Assembly (NCBI GenBank): GCA_046861395.1
Contig: JBHHUC010000018.1
Location: 1 to 36,071, forward strand
Reading direction: 5' to 3'
Source: Fidelibacterota bacterium
Lineage (GTDB): Bacteria; Fidelibacterota; Marinisomatia; Marinisomatales; JABMOV01
Length of the DNA: 36,071 nucleotides
The first letter of the stretch is position 1. Each line of letters opens with the position of its first letter. Under the pieces are notes generated by a model, which worked only from the letters and a program-made list of their open reading frames with translations, searched no databases and was not told the origin of the DNA. This document shows, in pieces, positions 21,118 through 30,080 of this stretch. A program made the position numbers and the translations under genes.

Positions 21118-22059
21118 ATGGAATCAAAGCGTGTTAAAGTACCATCCGTTGCGGTAAAAATCGTAACCGATAAACCCGTTAAGAAAACCCCTTATCAGGT
21201 AAAAGGGGTCATCATGCGACAATTTCCCGATGAAGAAATTGTACCAATGCTGGATGGGCGGTACCGGGAAAAATTCCTTTATCCGCGGGTCCAGGTCAAA
21301 ATCCTGAATGAGCAGATTTATCTTCTTGGATTGAATGAAGGTGTGGCGCCCATAATGTCCCTGATTGATAAGTTTGACTTTCTTGATTTTGGCAACATTA
21401 CTTTTCAGGTTTTAGGTGCCGATGTAGATAAAAACGACAATCGGTTTCAACCGACCAATCGTCTGATCCGCTATCGTTTTATTACACCGTGGGTGGCGTT
21501 AAATCAGATTACAGGAAGTCGGTATCGTTTCTTGAACAATGCCGAAAGGGCCGTATTTCTTAATCGGCTGTTGGGACAAAACATTGTCTTTCTGGCCCGG
21601 GAAATGGGAATGGAAATTCAGAAAAAGGTATATACCAAGACATCCCTCACGTCCCTGTTCCCGAAACCGGTAGATGAACATAACTGGGGTGCTTTCACCG
21701 GTGAATTTCGTACGAACTTCGTATTACCCAACTATATTGGTGTTGGTAACGGTATTACCCGGGGCTATGGCACGATCTACGGCCTGTTCAATCCGGACAT
21801 GTTCCATTTCGATGAAGGCAACCTGTCCGAGGAAGCCGTCGATGACAGTGGGATTGAGGAAATATCGGAAAATGACACCGAACTGGAAGAAGTCAGTGTT
21901 GATGATGTTCCGACTCCTCGCAAGCGCCGTCCAGCCTCAAAAAAGAAGGGCCGTAAGGTTCTTAGCGAAGAATTCGACATTGAGGAAGAGGAAGACACCA
22001 GTGACGAAGACGCAAAGTTCAATCGCCCGGAATATCATTCCAAGCAACACGACTTTTAG
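21118..22059 (+). CDS. Stand-alone Cas6b-like RAMP protein with a ~85-aa charged C-terminal tail
   Basis: Cas6b-type motifs YPRVQVK, YRFITPWVALNQ, L.R.L..NI...A and F.GEF.TNF.LP.YIG, plus the G-rich loop GVGNGITRGYG (aa 208-218, nt 21739-21771); GAGG RBS; no cas genes or array in the window. Confidence 0.85.
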   Translation: MESKRVKVPSVAVKIVTDKPVKKTPYQVKGVIMRQFPDEEIVPMLDGRYREKFLYPRVQVKILNEQIYLLGLNEGVAPIMSLIDKFDFLDFGNITFQVLGADVDKNDNRFQPTNRLIRYRFITPWVALNQITGSRYRFLNNAERAVFLNRLLGQNIVFLAREMGMEIQKKVYTKTSLTSLFPKPVDEHNWGAFTGEFRTNFVLPNYIGVGNGITRGYGTIYGLFNPDMFHFDEGNLSEEAVDDSGIEEISENDTELEEVSVDDVPTPRKRRPASKKKGRKVLSEEFDIEEEEDTSDEDAKFNRPEYHSKQHDF

Positions 22060-22074
22060 GAACGGTCCCAGAGC

Positions 22075-23259
22075 ATGTTTGCCGATCGAGTTGCGAAAAT
22101 TCGCCCATCGTTCACCCTTCAGATGGCCAGCAAAGCTGCCGAATTACTGGAGGCCGGCCGGGATGTTATCAATTTCAGCGTAGGTGAACCCGATTTCAAT
22201 ACGCCGGAGAATATCCGTCGTACCGCCCATGATGCCATAGAGAACGGTTATACGAAATACACGGCCGGACAGGGCATGATGGAATTGCGCCAGGCGATTT
22301 GCAGTAAATTTGCCCGGGAAAACAATCTGACTTACACACCGGATCAGGTGTTGGTTTCCAATGGCGAAAAACAGAGTTTATCGCTGGCCTGTCAAGCCCT
22401 GTTTCAGGACGGTGATGAAGTCATTATTTTTACGCCGTACTGGGTGTCGTTTCCGGAATTTGTACGGCTGGCAGATGCGACTCCGGTGTTGGTGCGGACG
22501 AATGCCGACCGACAATTTGAACCAGACTGGGACGATCTGGAACGGAACATATCACCGCGGACAAAAGGGGTGATCATCAATTCTCCTTCCAATCCCACAG
22601 GCGGCGTATGGTCGAATGAAGCCGTTCATCGTCTGCTCACCATTGCTGCCGACCAGAACTGGACCGTTATTGCAGATGAATGCTATGAACGACTGGTATA
22701 TGATGGCGTCTTTACCAGCGCGGAAGCGTTGAACGATGTGGGCGCAACCATCATTACATGCATGAGTTTATCCAAATCCTATGCCATGACCGGCTGGCGG
22801 ATCGGATATGCCGCCGGTGCAACCAGTATTATCAAAGCGATGAGTAAAATTCAGGGACAGGCCACATCTTGTGCCAATGCCATCGGCCAAAAAGCGGCGG
22901 TAGAAGCATTAACGGGCGATCAATCGGCAGTGGAAACCATGCGCCAGACGTTTCAGTCGCGGCGGGATATCATGATATCCCTCTTGCGGGCTATTCCGGA
23001 TGTGAAATGTGTGGTTCCTCACGGGGCTTTTTATGCCTTTCCCGATCTGTCCGCCTATATGAATAAAAAAAATGGTACCCGAATCATCAAAGATTCTTTT
23101 GCCTTATCCGATTATCTGTTGGAAATGGCCACGGTCGTTACGGTACCTGGGGACGGTTTTGGTGCCCCGGGACACATCCGCTTTTCTTTTGCCACCGGAG
23201 CGGAACAAATCCGTAGAGGAATAGAGCGGGTACAGAATGCATTACGTAAATTAGAGTAG
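22075..23259 (+). CDS. PLP-dependent class I aminotransferase (aspartate aminotransferase-like)
   Basis: SVGEPDF, NSPSNPTG, DECYE, SLSKSYAMTGWRIGY and GAFYAF motifs. Confidence 0.95.
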   Translation: MFADRVAKIRPSFTLQMASKAAELLEAGRDVINFSVGEPDFNTPENIRRTAHDAIENGYTKYTAGQGMMELRQAICSKFARENNLTYTPDQVLVSNGEKQSLSLACQALFQDGDEVIIFTPYWVSFPEFVRLADATPVLVRTNADRQFEPDWDDLERNISPRTKGVIINSPSNPTGGVWSNEAVHRLLTIAADQNWTVIADECYERLVYDGVFTSAEALNDVGATIITCMSLSKSYAMTGWRIGYAAGATSIIKAMSKIQGQATSCANAIGQKAAVEALTGDQSAVETMRQTFQSRRDIMISLLRAIPDVKCVVPHGAFYAFPDLSAYMNKKNGTRIIKDSFALSDYLLEMATVVTVPGDGFGAPGHIRFSFATGAEQIRRGIERVQNALRKLE

Positions 23260-23274
23260 TTACAGGAGTAAAGG

Positions 23275-23481
23275 ATGAAACCGAATATCCATCCCGAATA
23301 CAAAAAAGGTACGGTTACCTGTGTTTGTGGTAATTCGTTTGAGGTTTACAGTACCGTTGGCGAACAGCGGGTTGAAATCTGCAATAAATGTCATCCCTTT
23401 TTTACCGGGAAACAGAAACTGGTTGATACCGCCGGACGTATTGAGAAGTTCAAGAAAAAATACAACCAGGCAAAAAAGTAG
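23275..23481 (+). CDS. rpmE: 50S ribosomal protein L31 (Zn-binding type)
   Basis: [26 protein letters not shown] and DTAGRIEKF motifs. Confidence 0.98.
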   Translation: MKPNIHPEYKKGTVTCVCGNSFEVYSTVGEQRVEICNKCHPFFTGKQKLVDTAGRIEKFKKKYNQAKK

Positions 23482-23496
23482 TTTATTAATCAGAGT

Positions 23497-23536
23497 ATGA
23501 CTTCTCGATCCTCCAGTAGGCGGGAAGTCATTTTTC
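23497..23536 (+). terminator. Intrinsic terminator after rpmE
   Basis: ATGACTTCTCG...CGGGAAGTCAT stem (one G-U pair) with an inner CCT/AGG extension, followed by a T run. Confidence 0.7.
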
Positions 23537-23541
23537 TGCCC

Positions 23542-24510
23542 ATGATAAAGCGAATTTTACGAATTCTGGTTGCCAAGCCTACCATTCTGGTTGGGGGACA
23601 GGCTGTGATCGAAGGTGTCATGATGCGGGTGCCGGGGGCCTATGCTACAGCCGTACGTACTCCGGAAGGAACCATCTCAGTCGATCGTCACCCGTTTACG
23701 TCCCGGGCGGAAACGTCACGAATATGGAAATGGCCCGTATTCCGGGGTATCATCGGGCTGTTCGAAGCGATGAAAATCGGATTCAGCACCCTGCAGTGGT
23801 CGGCCGATATTGCCTTGCCGGAAGAAGAACAATCCGATAAGGACAACCGTTGGAGCAATGCCTTATCCACATTGTTTGCCGTGGTGCTGGCAGTGTCCCT
23901 GTTCATGATAATTCCCTACGTTCTAACCACCTATGTCTTTCATCTGGAAAAATCCGCTTTATCCTTCAATCTGATGGCCGGGCTGCTGCGCATTACCTTC
24001 TTTGTGGTGTATTTATTGATTATTTCACTACTAAAGGATGTCAAACGGCTCTTCATGAATCATGGAGCCGAACATAAGGTGGTATACAATTTTGAATCCG
24101 GCCGTGAAATTACGGTGGAAAATGCTCAGTCTTTTCAAACCCAACATCCCCGTTGTGGAACAAGCTTTATGTTTATTGTCCTGATGGTGGCGATTCTGGT
24201 GTTTGCCATCGTAGATACCATCGCCATGGCCATGGTGGGACAATTGTCGGTTCCGGTACGACTGCTCATGCATTTGCCTTTGATTCCACTGGTGGCCGGT
24301 CTGGCTTATGAAGGAATTAAGCTTTCTTCCCGGCGTGGCGACAAATTGCTGTTCCGTATTTTACGGGCTCCCGGTCTCTGGCTCCAGAACATTACCACTA
24401 GCGAACCGGAAGACGGAATGGTTGAAGTGGCCATCGTGGCTTTAAAATCGGCTTTCGGCGACCGCTTTAAGGAATTTGAAGGACGGAAATATCAGGCCGA
24501 GGCCGTCTGA
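23542..24510 (+). CDS. DUF1385 (YqhQ-like) membrane protein
   Basis: [27 protein letters not shown] and PGLWLQ.ITT.EP motifs; start moved to 23542 because 23497 lies inside the terminator. Confidence 0.92.
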   Translation: MIKRILRILVAKPTILVGGQAVIEGVMMRVPGAYATAVRTPEGTISVDRHPFTSRAETSRIWKWPVFRGIIGLFEAMKIGFSTLQWSADIALPEEEQSDKDNRWSNALSTLFAVVLAVSLFMIIPYVLTTYVFHLEKSALSFNLMAGLLRITFFVVYLLIISLLKDVKRLFMNHGAEHKVVYNFESGREITVENAQSFQTQHPRCGTSFMFIVLMVAILVFAIVDTIAMAMVGQLSVPVRLLMHLPLIPLVAGLAYEGIKLSSRRGDKLLFRILRAPGLWLQNITTSEPEDGMVEVAIVALKSAFGDRFKEFEGRKYQAEAV

Positions 24511-25589
24511 TGGAAGAGAAAATCAAGCAGATTATTGACCGTTACCAGTTGTTGGGTGAACAAATGTCCAACCCGGAGATTTATTCCGATCAGAAAAAAA
24601 TGAAAGAGCTGGCACAGGAACACAGCCACCTGAAAGAAATTGTCACCTGCGGAAAACAATATCTCGATGTTTCGGCTCACCTGAGGGAAGATCGGGAAGT
24701 CCTGGCGGGACAGGATAATGAGCTGAAGGAGTTGGTACAGGGAGAAATCCCGGAGCTGGAAGAAGAAAAGCGGGAACTGGAAGCCCAGTTGAAATTATTG
24801 ATGTTGCCCAAGGATCCCAATGATGACAAGAATATCATAGTAGAAATCCGAGCGGGCACCGGTGGGGACGAAGCTGCCTTGTTTGGGGCGGACCTGTTTC
24901 GCATGTACACCCGCTATGCCGAACGCCGGGGATGGAAGACGGAAATTCTCGACTCCAACAGTACGGGAATGGGCGGTTTGAAGGAAGTCATATTCTCCAT
25001 GGAAGGTAAAGGGGTGTATGGTCAGATGAAATTCGAAAGCGGCGTTCACCGAGTTCAGCGGGTTCCCAAAACGGAAACCAGCGGACGAGTGCACACGTCG
25101 GCGGCTACCGTGGCCGTTTTACCAGAAGCCGAAGAAGCGGATGTTGAGGTGGTGGAATCCGATCTGAAAATTGATACATATCGTGCCAGCGGAGCCGGGG
25201 GACAGCATGTGAATAAAACAGAATCGGCCATTCGGATCACCCATGTTCCCACTGGTCTGGTCGTAACATGCCAGGATGAAAAATCACAGCATAAAAACCG
25301 TGCTTCAGCCATGAAAGTACTCCGATCCCGATTACTGGCCCTGGAGCAGGAGAGGATTGCCAAGGAACGGGCCGAAGAGCGTAAAATGCAAGTCAGCACC
25401 GGTGACCGTTCTGCCAAGATCCGGACATATAATTTTCCTCAGGGCCGAGTCACGGACCACCGTATAAACCTCACGTTGTATAATCTGGAAGCAACAATGG
25501 ACGGCGATATCGGGAATTTGATTGAACAGTTAAGGCTGGCAGATCAGCAGGCCCGTCTGGCGGCTATCGGGGAAAGTTTTTCGAGCTGA
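24510..25589 (+). CDS. prfA: Peptide chain release factor 1
   Basis: [17 protein letters not shown] (PxT, RF1-specific), GAGGQHVN and [10 protein letters not shown] motifs. Confidence 0.98.
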   Translation: MEEKIKQIIDRYQLLGEQMSNPEIYSDQKKMKELAQEHSHLKEIVTCGKQYLDVSAHLREDREVLAGQDNELKELVQGEIPELEEEKRELEAQLKLLMLPKDPNDDKNIIVEIRAGTGGDEAALFGADLFRMYTRYAERRGWKTEILDSNSTGMGGLKEVIFSMEGKGVYGQMKFESGVHRVQRVPKTETSGRVHTSAATVAVLPEAEEADVEVVESDLKIDTYRASGAGGQHVNKTESAIRITHVPTGLVVTCQDEKSQHKNRASAMKVLRSRLLALEQERIAKERAEERKMQVSTGDRSAKIRTYNFPQGRVTDHRINLTLYNLEATMDGDIGNLIEQLRLADQQARLAAIGESFSS

Positions 25590-25603
25590 CCCCCCCTTTT
25601 TTT
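25569..25603 (+). terminator. Possible intrinsic terminator overlapping the prfA stop
   Basis: GGGG-AA-AGTT-TTTCG-AGCT-GA-CCCC interrupted stem followed by T7. Confidence 0.4.
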
Positions 25604-25688
25604 CTTTATTTTACTGACAAACTCTTTTCAGCCCGGATTATGAGTCGTTCCCGGAAAGGTATTATTCATTCTAAATTGCCCGTGTAAC

Positions 25689-26561
25689 ATGGTACTGGAA
25701 AAATCCATCTGGCGCGTTATCGATATCATCAAGTGGGCGGAATCCTATTTCGCGGAAAAGGGCTTTTCCCATCCCCGCCGGGAAATCGAATGGTTGCTAC
25801 AGGATCTACTTCATTGCCAGCGCATGGATATTTATCTCCGATTCGATGAACCGCTGAGCCAATCCCAGCTCAGCACTCTGCGATCCTGGATCAAACGCCG
25901 CCTGAATCGCGAACCGCTGCAATATATTACCGGCAAGACAGAATTTTATGGACTGCCGTTCCATATTACACCTGCCGTTCTCATTCCCCGGCCAGAGACG
26001 GAAAGACTGGTTGATGTGGCCATCCATACCCTAATTGGTATCCCTGACCCGAAGATTCTGGATATTGGCACCGGAACCGGCTGTCTGGCCCTGGCTCTGG
26101 CACATGAAATTAAGTCGTCCCGGGTGATGGCAACTGATATTTCGGAGGATGTTTTAACCCTGGCCGAACGAAACAGAAAAGAATTGGGATTGGAAAATGT
26201 GGAACTGATTCAATCCGATATTCTGACAGAAATACCGGGGGAAGGGTTTGATGCTGTTATTTGCAATCCCCCGTATGTACCTGCGATTGAAATGGATTCC
26301 CTCATGCCGGATGTCCAGGATTTTGAACCGGTCACGGCCCTGACGGACGGGGCGGATGGCCTCACATTTTACAGTCGGCTGGCTGAAATCGGTTCCACTC
26401 TGGTTCGACCTGGTGGCTGGCTTCTGCTGGAGGTGGGACTGGGTCAACATCCCGAACGGGCTAAGGCCTGTTTTGCATCCTCAGCAGACTTCCTAACCGA
26501 GCTGATACCGGATTATAACGGTGATCCCCGCGTCTTGAAAGTGCAGGTGCGCCAATCATGA
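25689..26561 (+). CDS. prmC: Release factor glutamine methyltransferase
   Basis: EPLQYITG, VLIPRPETE, LDIGTGTG, NPPY and GADGL.FY motifs. Confidence 0.96.
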   Translation: MVLEKSIWRVIDIIKWAESYFAEKGFSHPRREIEWLLQDLLHCQRMDIYLRFDEPLSQSQLSTLRSWIKRRLNREPLQYITGKTEFYGLPFHITPAVLIPRPETERLVDVAIHTLIGIPDPKILDIGTGTGCLALALAHEIKSSRVMATDISEDVLTLAERNRKELGLENVELIQSDILTEIPGEGFDAVICNPPYVPAIEMDSLMPDVQDFEPVTALTDGADGLTFYSRLAEIGSTLVRPGGWLLLEVGLGQHPERAKACFASSADFLTELIPDYNGDPRVLKVQVRQS

Positions 26562-27403
26562 CCATGAAATACCTGTTTGCCCTGGTAAATTTAATTCGTC
26601 CCCTGAATTGTGTTATCGGCGCTCTTACCATTGTGGTCACGGCCGTGCTGACACGGTCCACCGATCAGCGGGGATTGATGATGTTGGGTGGGTTGGTAGT
26701 CTTTCTTTATAATGCCGGTGCCAACGCCATCAATGATTATTACGACTATGCCACGGACCGGATAAATCGTCCCCGGCGTCCAATTGCGTCCGGCCTCCTG
26801 TCCCGGAAAACGGGGTTATGGACCAGCGTGGTGCTTTTCAGTCTGGGGAGCCTACTGGCATTGCAGTTGCCGGTGCCGGCCATGATCGTTGCCATTCTTC
26901 TCGCTCTGCCCCTGTTGGTGGGATATAGTGTCCTCCTAAAGGGGCGACCTCTGGTCGGAAACCTGACAGTGGCTTTTATTCTGGGACTGGTCTTTGTTTT
27001 TGGCGGTTTGATCTTCGGGGACTATCAGACTATGCTGATTCCGGCCACACTGGCTTTCGTGCTGACGGTTCTGCGGGAATTAATAAAGGATATGGAAGAT
27101 GTTCGCGGTGACCGGGAACAAGGTTTGCGCACGTTTCCCGTGGTAGCGGGCCTGCCCCGTTCAGCCGCCCTGGTGCGGGTCATTGCTTTTATCACGGGTA
27201 TATTAATGCTAATTCCCAGTTGGTTCGGCATTTATAACGATATCTATCTCTGGATAGTCCTGGGTGGAATTCACCTTCCCCTGCTTTATATTCTGAATCA
27301 ATTTCATTCCGGGGTGGCGGTTCCATCTGTCCGGTTTGCGGCACAATTGCTGAAATTCAGTACCATTGCCGGCGTGCTCGCGGTGTATATGGGATCCCTG
27401 TGA
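26558..27403 (+). CDS. UbiA-superfamily prenyltransferase, DGGGP-synthase-like
   Basis: IRPLNC, NAINDYYDYATDRINRPRRPIASG, LK..PLVGN and RELIKDMEDVRGD..QG.RT.P motifs; multiple TMs; ATGA overlap with prmC. Confidence 0.85.
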   Translation: MTMKYLFALVNLIRPLNCVIGALTIVVTAVLTRSTDQRGLMMLGGLVVFLYNAGANAINDYYDYATDRINRPRRPIASGLLSRKTGLWTSVVLFSLGSLLALQLPVPAMIVAILLALPLLVGYSVLLKGRPLVGNLTVAFILGLVFVFGGLIFGDYQTMLIPATLAFVLTVLRELIKDMEDVRGDREQGLRTFPVVAGLPRSAALVRVIAFITGILMLIPSWFGIYNDIYLWIVLGGIHLPLLYILNQFHSGVAVPSVRFAAQLLKFSTIAGVLAVYMGSL

Positions 27404-27480
27404 ATGTCTGACAACCGGAAACTGAGAATGCAATCCAAAAGTAGAAATTATTATTACCAAGGATCTGATTGGGAGATATA

Positions 27481-28920
27481 ATGAGAATTCTTCTTCTTGC
27501 CCTTTTCCTTCTGACCGGAGGGATTTCACAGGAAACAGATAGCGGTTTAACATTGGAGCGTTATCCCATTCTGATATTACCGGCAATCGGTGATTCAACC
27601 AATGCTCCCATTGCTGAGGATCTGACCCGGTTACTCAGCACCGAAGCGACAGCGCTACAACGGTTTAATGTCATTGACCATACCCAGCTGGAATCGGTTC
27701 TAGCAGAACAGGCCCTCCAGATGAGCGGTATTGTTCGCGATGAGGATGTGGTGGAATTTGGCCGTCTGGCGGCCGCACGTGAAGCTCTGGTGCTGCGGGT
27801 TCTGAATTTCGGTCAGAAGGGTGTCCCACCGGAGGATGAAGAGGAGGAGGATGAGAAAGATCGCGCCAAAGCCCGGGAATACGGTTTGTTCGGAATTGTG
27901 GTGAAAGGTATTGTGGACGCGATTGTGGATAAAGAACTGGAAGACGTGGAACGTTATCCAGACAATATCCAGACGATTATTCAGGCTGAGGTCAGTAAAC
28001 TGGATATTGAATCGGGCAAATCCGTGGCTTCCTTCAAAGTGGTGGTCCTGCATACCGGTGGTAACCGTGATAAATCATTGAGTGCGGCCCTGAGCCAGGC
28101 TGCCCGTGAGATGTCGTCCGAATTACGTAAGCTTTATCTCCTGAACAGTGAAGTCCTGGAAGTGAACGGCGATGAAGTTACCTTGCTCTTGGGGAAAAAT
28201 CTGGGTATCCGGCCGGGAATTCAATTTGATATTGTATCGCGACCACAAGAACGCCAGCTCCGGGGACGTTCAATTACATTGCCGGGACGATCCGTGGGGC
28301 GGGTGCTAGTGGAAACGGTGAGTCCCGATGCCAGTCAGGGGCGGATATTGCGGTACTGGGAACCGCTGCAACCCGGATACAGGGCGGTGGAAACACTGAA
28401 ACCGGTTGTTGGTCTTGGTATGACATTGACCCTGGCACCGGACATCAGGTTCTACCGACTTCAGGTGTTGCCCAATCCCTTACCTTTCCAGAAATTCATT
28501 ATTCAGGGACTGTTCTCCTTGGGTATGATGAAAGACACCAGAAACGATATGGATTTTTCGCTGGGTTTCGGGCTTCAACTGGGTCATAATGTGTATTATC
28601 ATTCCCAACGGGCCCTGGGAATAACGGTTTCCCTTCCTTTGCATGTAGCCTTTCGCAGCGACGATGAATCCAATATGGTTGCGATGCCTGTATTTGCACC
28701 CGGAATCGGCGCTGTGCTGAAATTTCAAATGGATCGCAGGCGTGATTTGATACTAGCCATTGATGTCGTCTCCATGTCCACAACCGGGAGGTGGAAATAT
28801 TCCAAGGACAATGAAGACGGAAATACGGACACCTTCGATGCGATCTGGCATGATACGACCCCGGACATTCGTCCGGAGGGATTGTATTTTTCTGTCGGTT
28901 ACCGTTTCCTGACGTTGTAA
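27481..28920 (+). CDS. Secreted/outer-membrane protein: CsgG/TolB-N-like domain, FlgT-C-like domain and a C-terminal beta-strand region
   Basis: Signal peptide after a GGAG RBS; FNVID..QLESVLAEQALQMSG and VNGDEVTLLLGKNLGIRPG..F motifs; ends in YFSVGYRFLTL. Confidence 0.6.
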   Translation: MRILLLALFLLTGGISQETDSGLTLERYPILILPAIGDSTNAPIAEDLTRLLSTEATALQRFNVIDHTQLESVLAEQALQMSGIVRDEDVVEFGRLAAAREALVLRVLNFGQKGVPPEDEEEEDEKDRAKAREYGLFGIVVKGIVDAIVDKELEDVERYPDNIQTIIQAEVSKLDIESGKSVASFKVVVLHTGGNRDKSLSAALSQAAREMSSELRKLYLLNSEVLEVNGDEVTLLLGKNLGIRPGIQFDIVSRPQERQLRGRSITLPGRSVGRVLVETVSPDASQGRILRYWEPLQPGYRAVETLKPVVGLGMTLTLAPDIRFYRLQVLPNPLPFQKFIIQGLFSLGMMKDTRNDMDFSLGFGLQLGHNVYYHSQRALGITVSLPLHVAFRSDDESNMVAMPVFAPGIGAVLKFQMDRRRDLILAIDVVSMSTTGRWKYSKDNEDGNTDTFDAIWHDTTPDIRPEGLYFSVGYRFLTL

Positions 28921-28923
28921 ACA

Positions 28924-29475
28924 TTGCATCGCTCAGCTCTGTTGCAGCAACTTCGGGCGTATGAACCGGATACGACGCAGGAAGCGGTCATACGGGATGA
29001 AATCATTTCTTTTGTTCGGGCCAATGAACATTGTTTTGAGCGGTCAAATCCCGGCGGTCACTTAACCGGTTCGGCTTGGATTATCAACAGTAATCGGCAG
29101 CGGGTACTGCTGGTCCATCATCGCAAACTGGGGAAATGGATTCAACCCGGTGGTCATGCCGATGGACAGACGGATTTGAGTCAGGTGGCGTACCGGGAAG
29201 CATTAGAAGAAACGGGGATCAAGGACCTTCGACTGGTAGCACCGGATATATTTGATCTGGATATTCATCCCATTCCGGTCCGCAGGGACGAACCGGATCA
29301 TTTCCACTATGATGTCCGCTATCTCTTTATTGCCGGACCGGAAGACGGGCCGATCCGAAATCATGAATCTCTGGCAGTCCGTTGGATTGACCTGACGGCG
29401 GTACATGAATATAATTCCGGTTCGTCGCTGCGGCGCATGATCGAAAAAATCCACACCCGCTTTCCGGGATCATAA
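28924..29475 (+). CDS. NUDIX hydrolase
   Basis: GHLTGSAW, HHRKLGKWIQPGGHAD, REALEETG (Nudix box) and HFHYDVRY motifs; TTG start. Confidence 0.93.
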   Translation: MHRSALLQQLRAYEPDTTQEAVIRDEIISFVRANEHCFERSNPGGHLTGSAWIINSNRQRVLLVHHRKLGKWIQPGGHADGQTDLSQVAYREALEETGIKDLRLVAPDIFDLDIHPIPVRRDEPDHFHYDVRYLFIAGPEDGPIRNHESLAVRWIDLTAVHEYNSGSSLRRMIEKIHTRFPGS

Positions 29476-29509
29476 TTGTACTTTTCTTTGAAAGAGTTAT
29501 GCTGTAAAA

Positions 29510-29529
29510 TAGTAAGTGATTACTTACTA
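29510..29529. promoter_or_regulatory. Putative TetR operator
   Basis: TAGTAAGT-GATT-ACTTACTA palindrome immediately before the tetR start and downstream of TTGTAC-N16-TATGCT (29476-29503). Confidence 0.75.
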
Positions 29530-29530
29530 A

Positions 29531-30067
29531 ATGATGACAGAAAAGAAACAATACATCCTTGCGGCGGCCCTGGATCTCTTTTCCCGGCAGGGCATTAACA
29601 AGACAACTACGGCAGAAATCGCCCAAACGGCCGGTGTCTCGGAAGGCCTCGTATTCCGTCACTTCCAACATAAGCAGGGATTGGTGGATACTCTTTGGGA
29701 ACAATGCCAAAACCATGTTGCACAACATTGTCAACCGCTATTGCAGTCGTCCCTGCCGCCCCGGAATGCTCTGCAGCAGATTATGTCACTGCCCTTTGAT
29801 CTGAAAACGGCAGATTTTCCTTTTTGGAAAGTCCTGTACCGGCTGACCTGGCACTATCCGGCCGATCGGCCTTCGCCGCTGGAATTATTGCGGATCAGAT
29901 TGGAAAATATTTTTTCGGTTCTTGGTCATACCGATGCTGCCGCGGAGGCCCAGACGGTATTGATGATACTGGATGGTGTTGTGCTGTCACGCTTATATAG
30001 GACGTTGCCGGGACGTGAAACATTACGGCGCTGTTTACTGGAAAAATATGATCTGGACGAATGGTAA
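29531..30067 (+). CDS. TetR/AcrR-family transcriptional regulator
   Basis: ILAAALDLFSRQG...TTTAEIAQTAGVSEGLVFRHFQHKQGL HTH. Confidence 0.93.
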   Translation: MMTEKKQYILAAALDLFSRQGINKTTTAEIAQTAGVSEGLVFRHFQHKQGLVDTLWEQCQNHVAQHCQPLLQSSLPPRNALQQIMSLPFDLKTADFPFWKVLYRLTWHYPADRPSPLELLRIRLENIFSVLGHTDAAAEAQTVLMILDGVVLSRLYRTLPGRETLRRCLLEKYDLDEW

Positions 30068-30080
30068 GAAAAAGAATACT

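Noticed and set aside
19731..23541. CRISPR array or mini-array near the Cas6-like gene
   Set aside because: The intergenic gaps are only 15-98 nt and share no repeated 25-40-nt unit, and I found no array anywhere in the window by eye.
25590..25603. C7T7 homopolymer as a phase-variation tract
   Set aside because: It is intergenic, short and better explained as part of a terminator-like hairpin.
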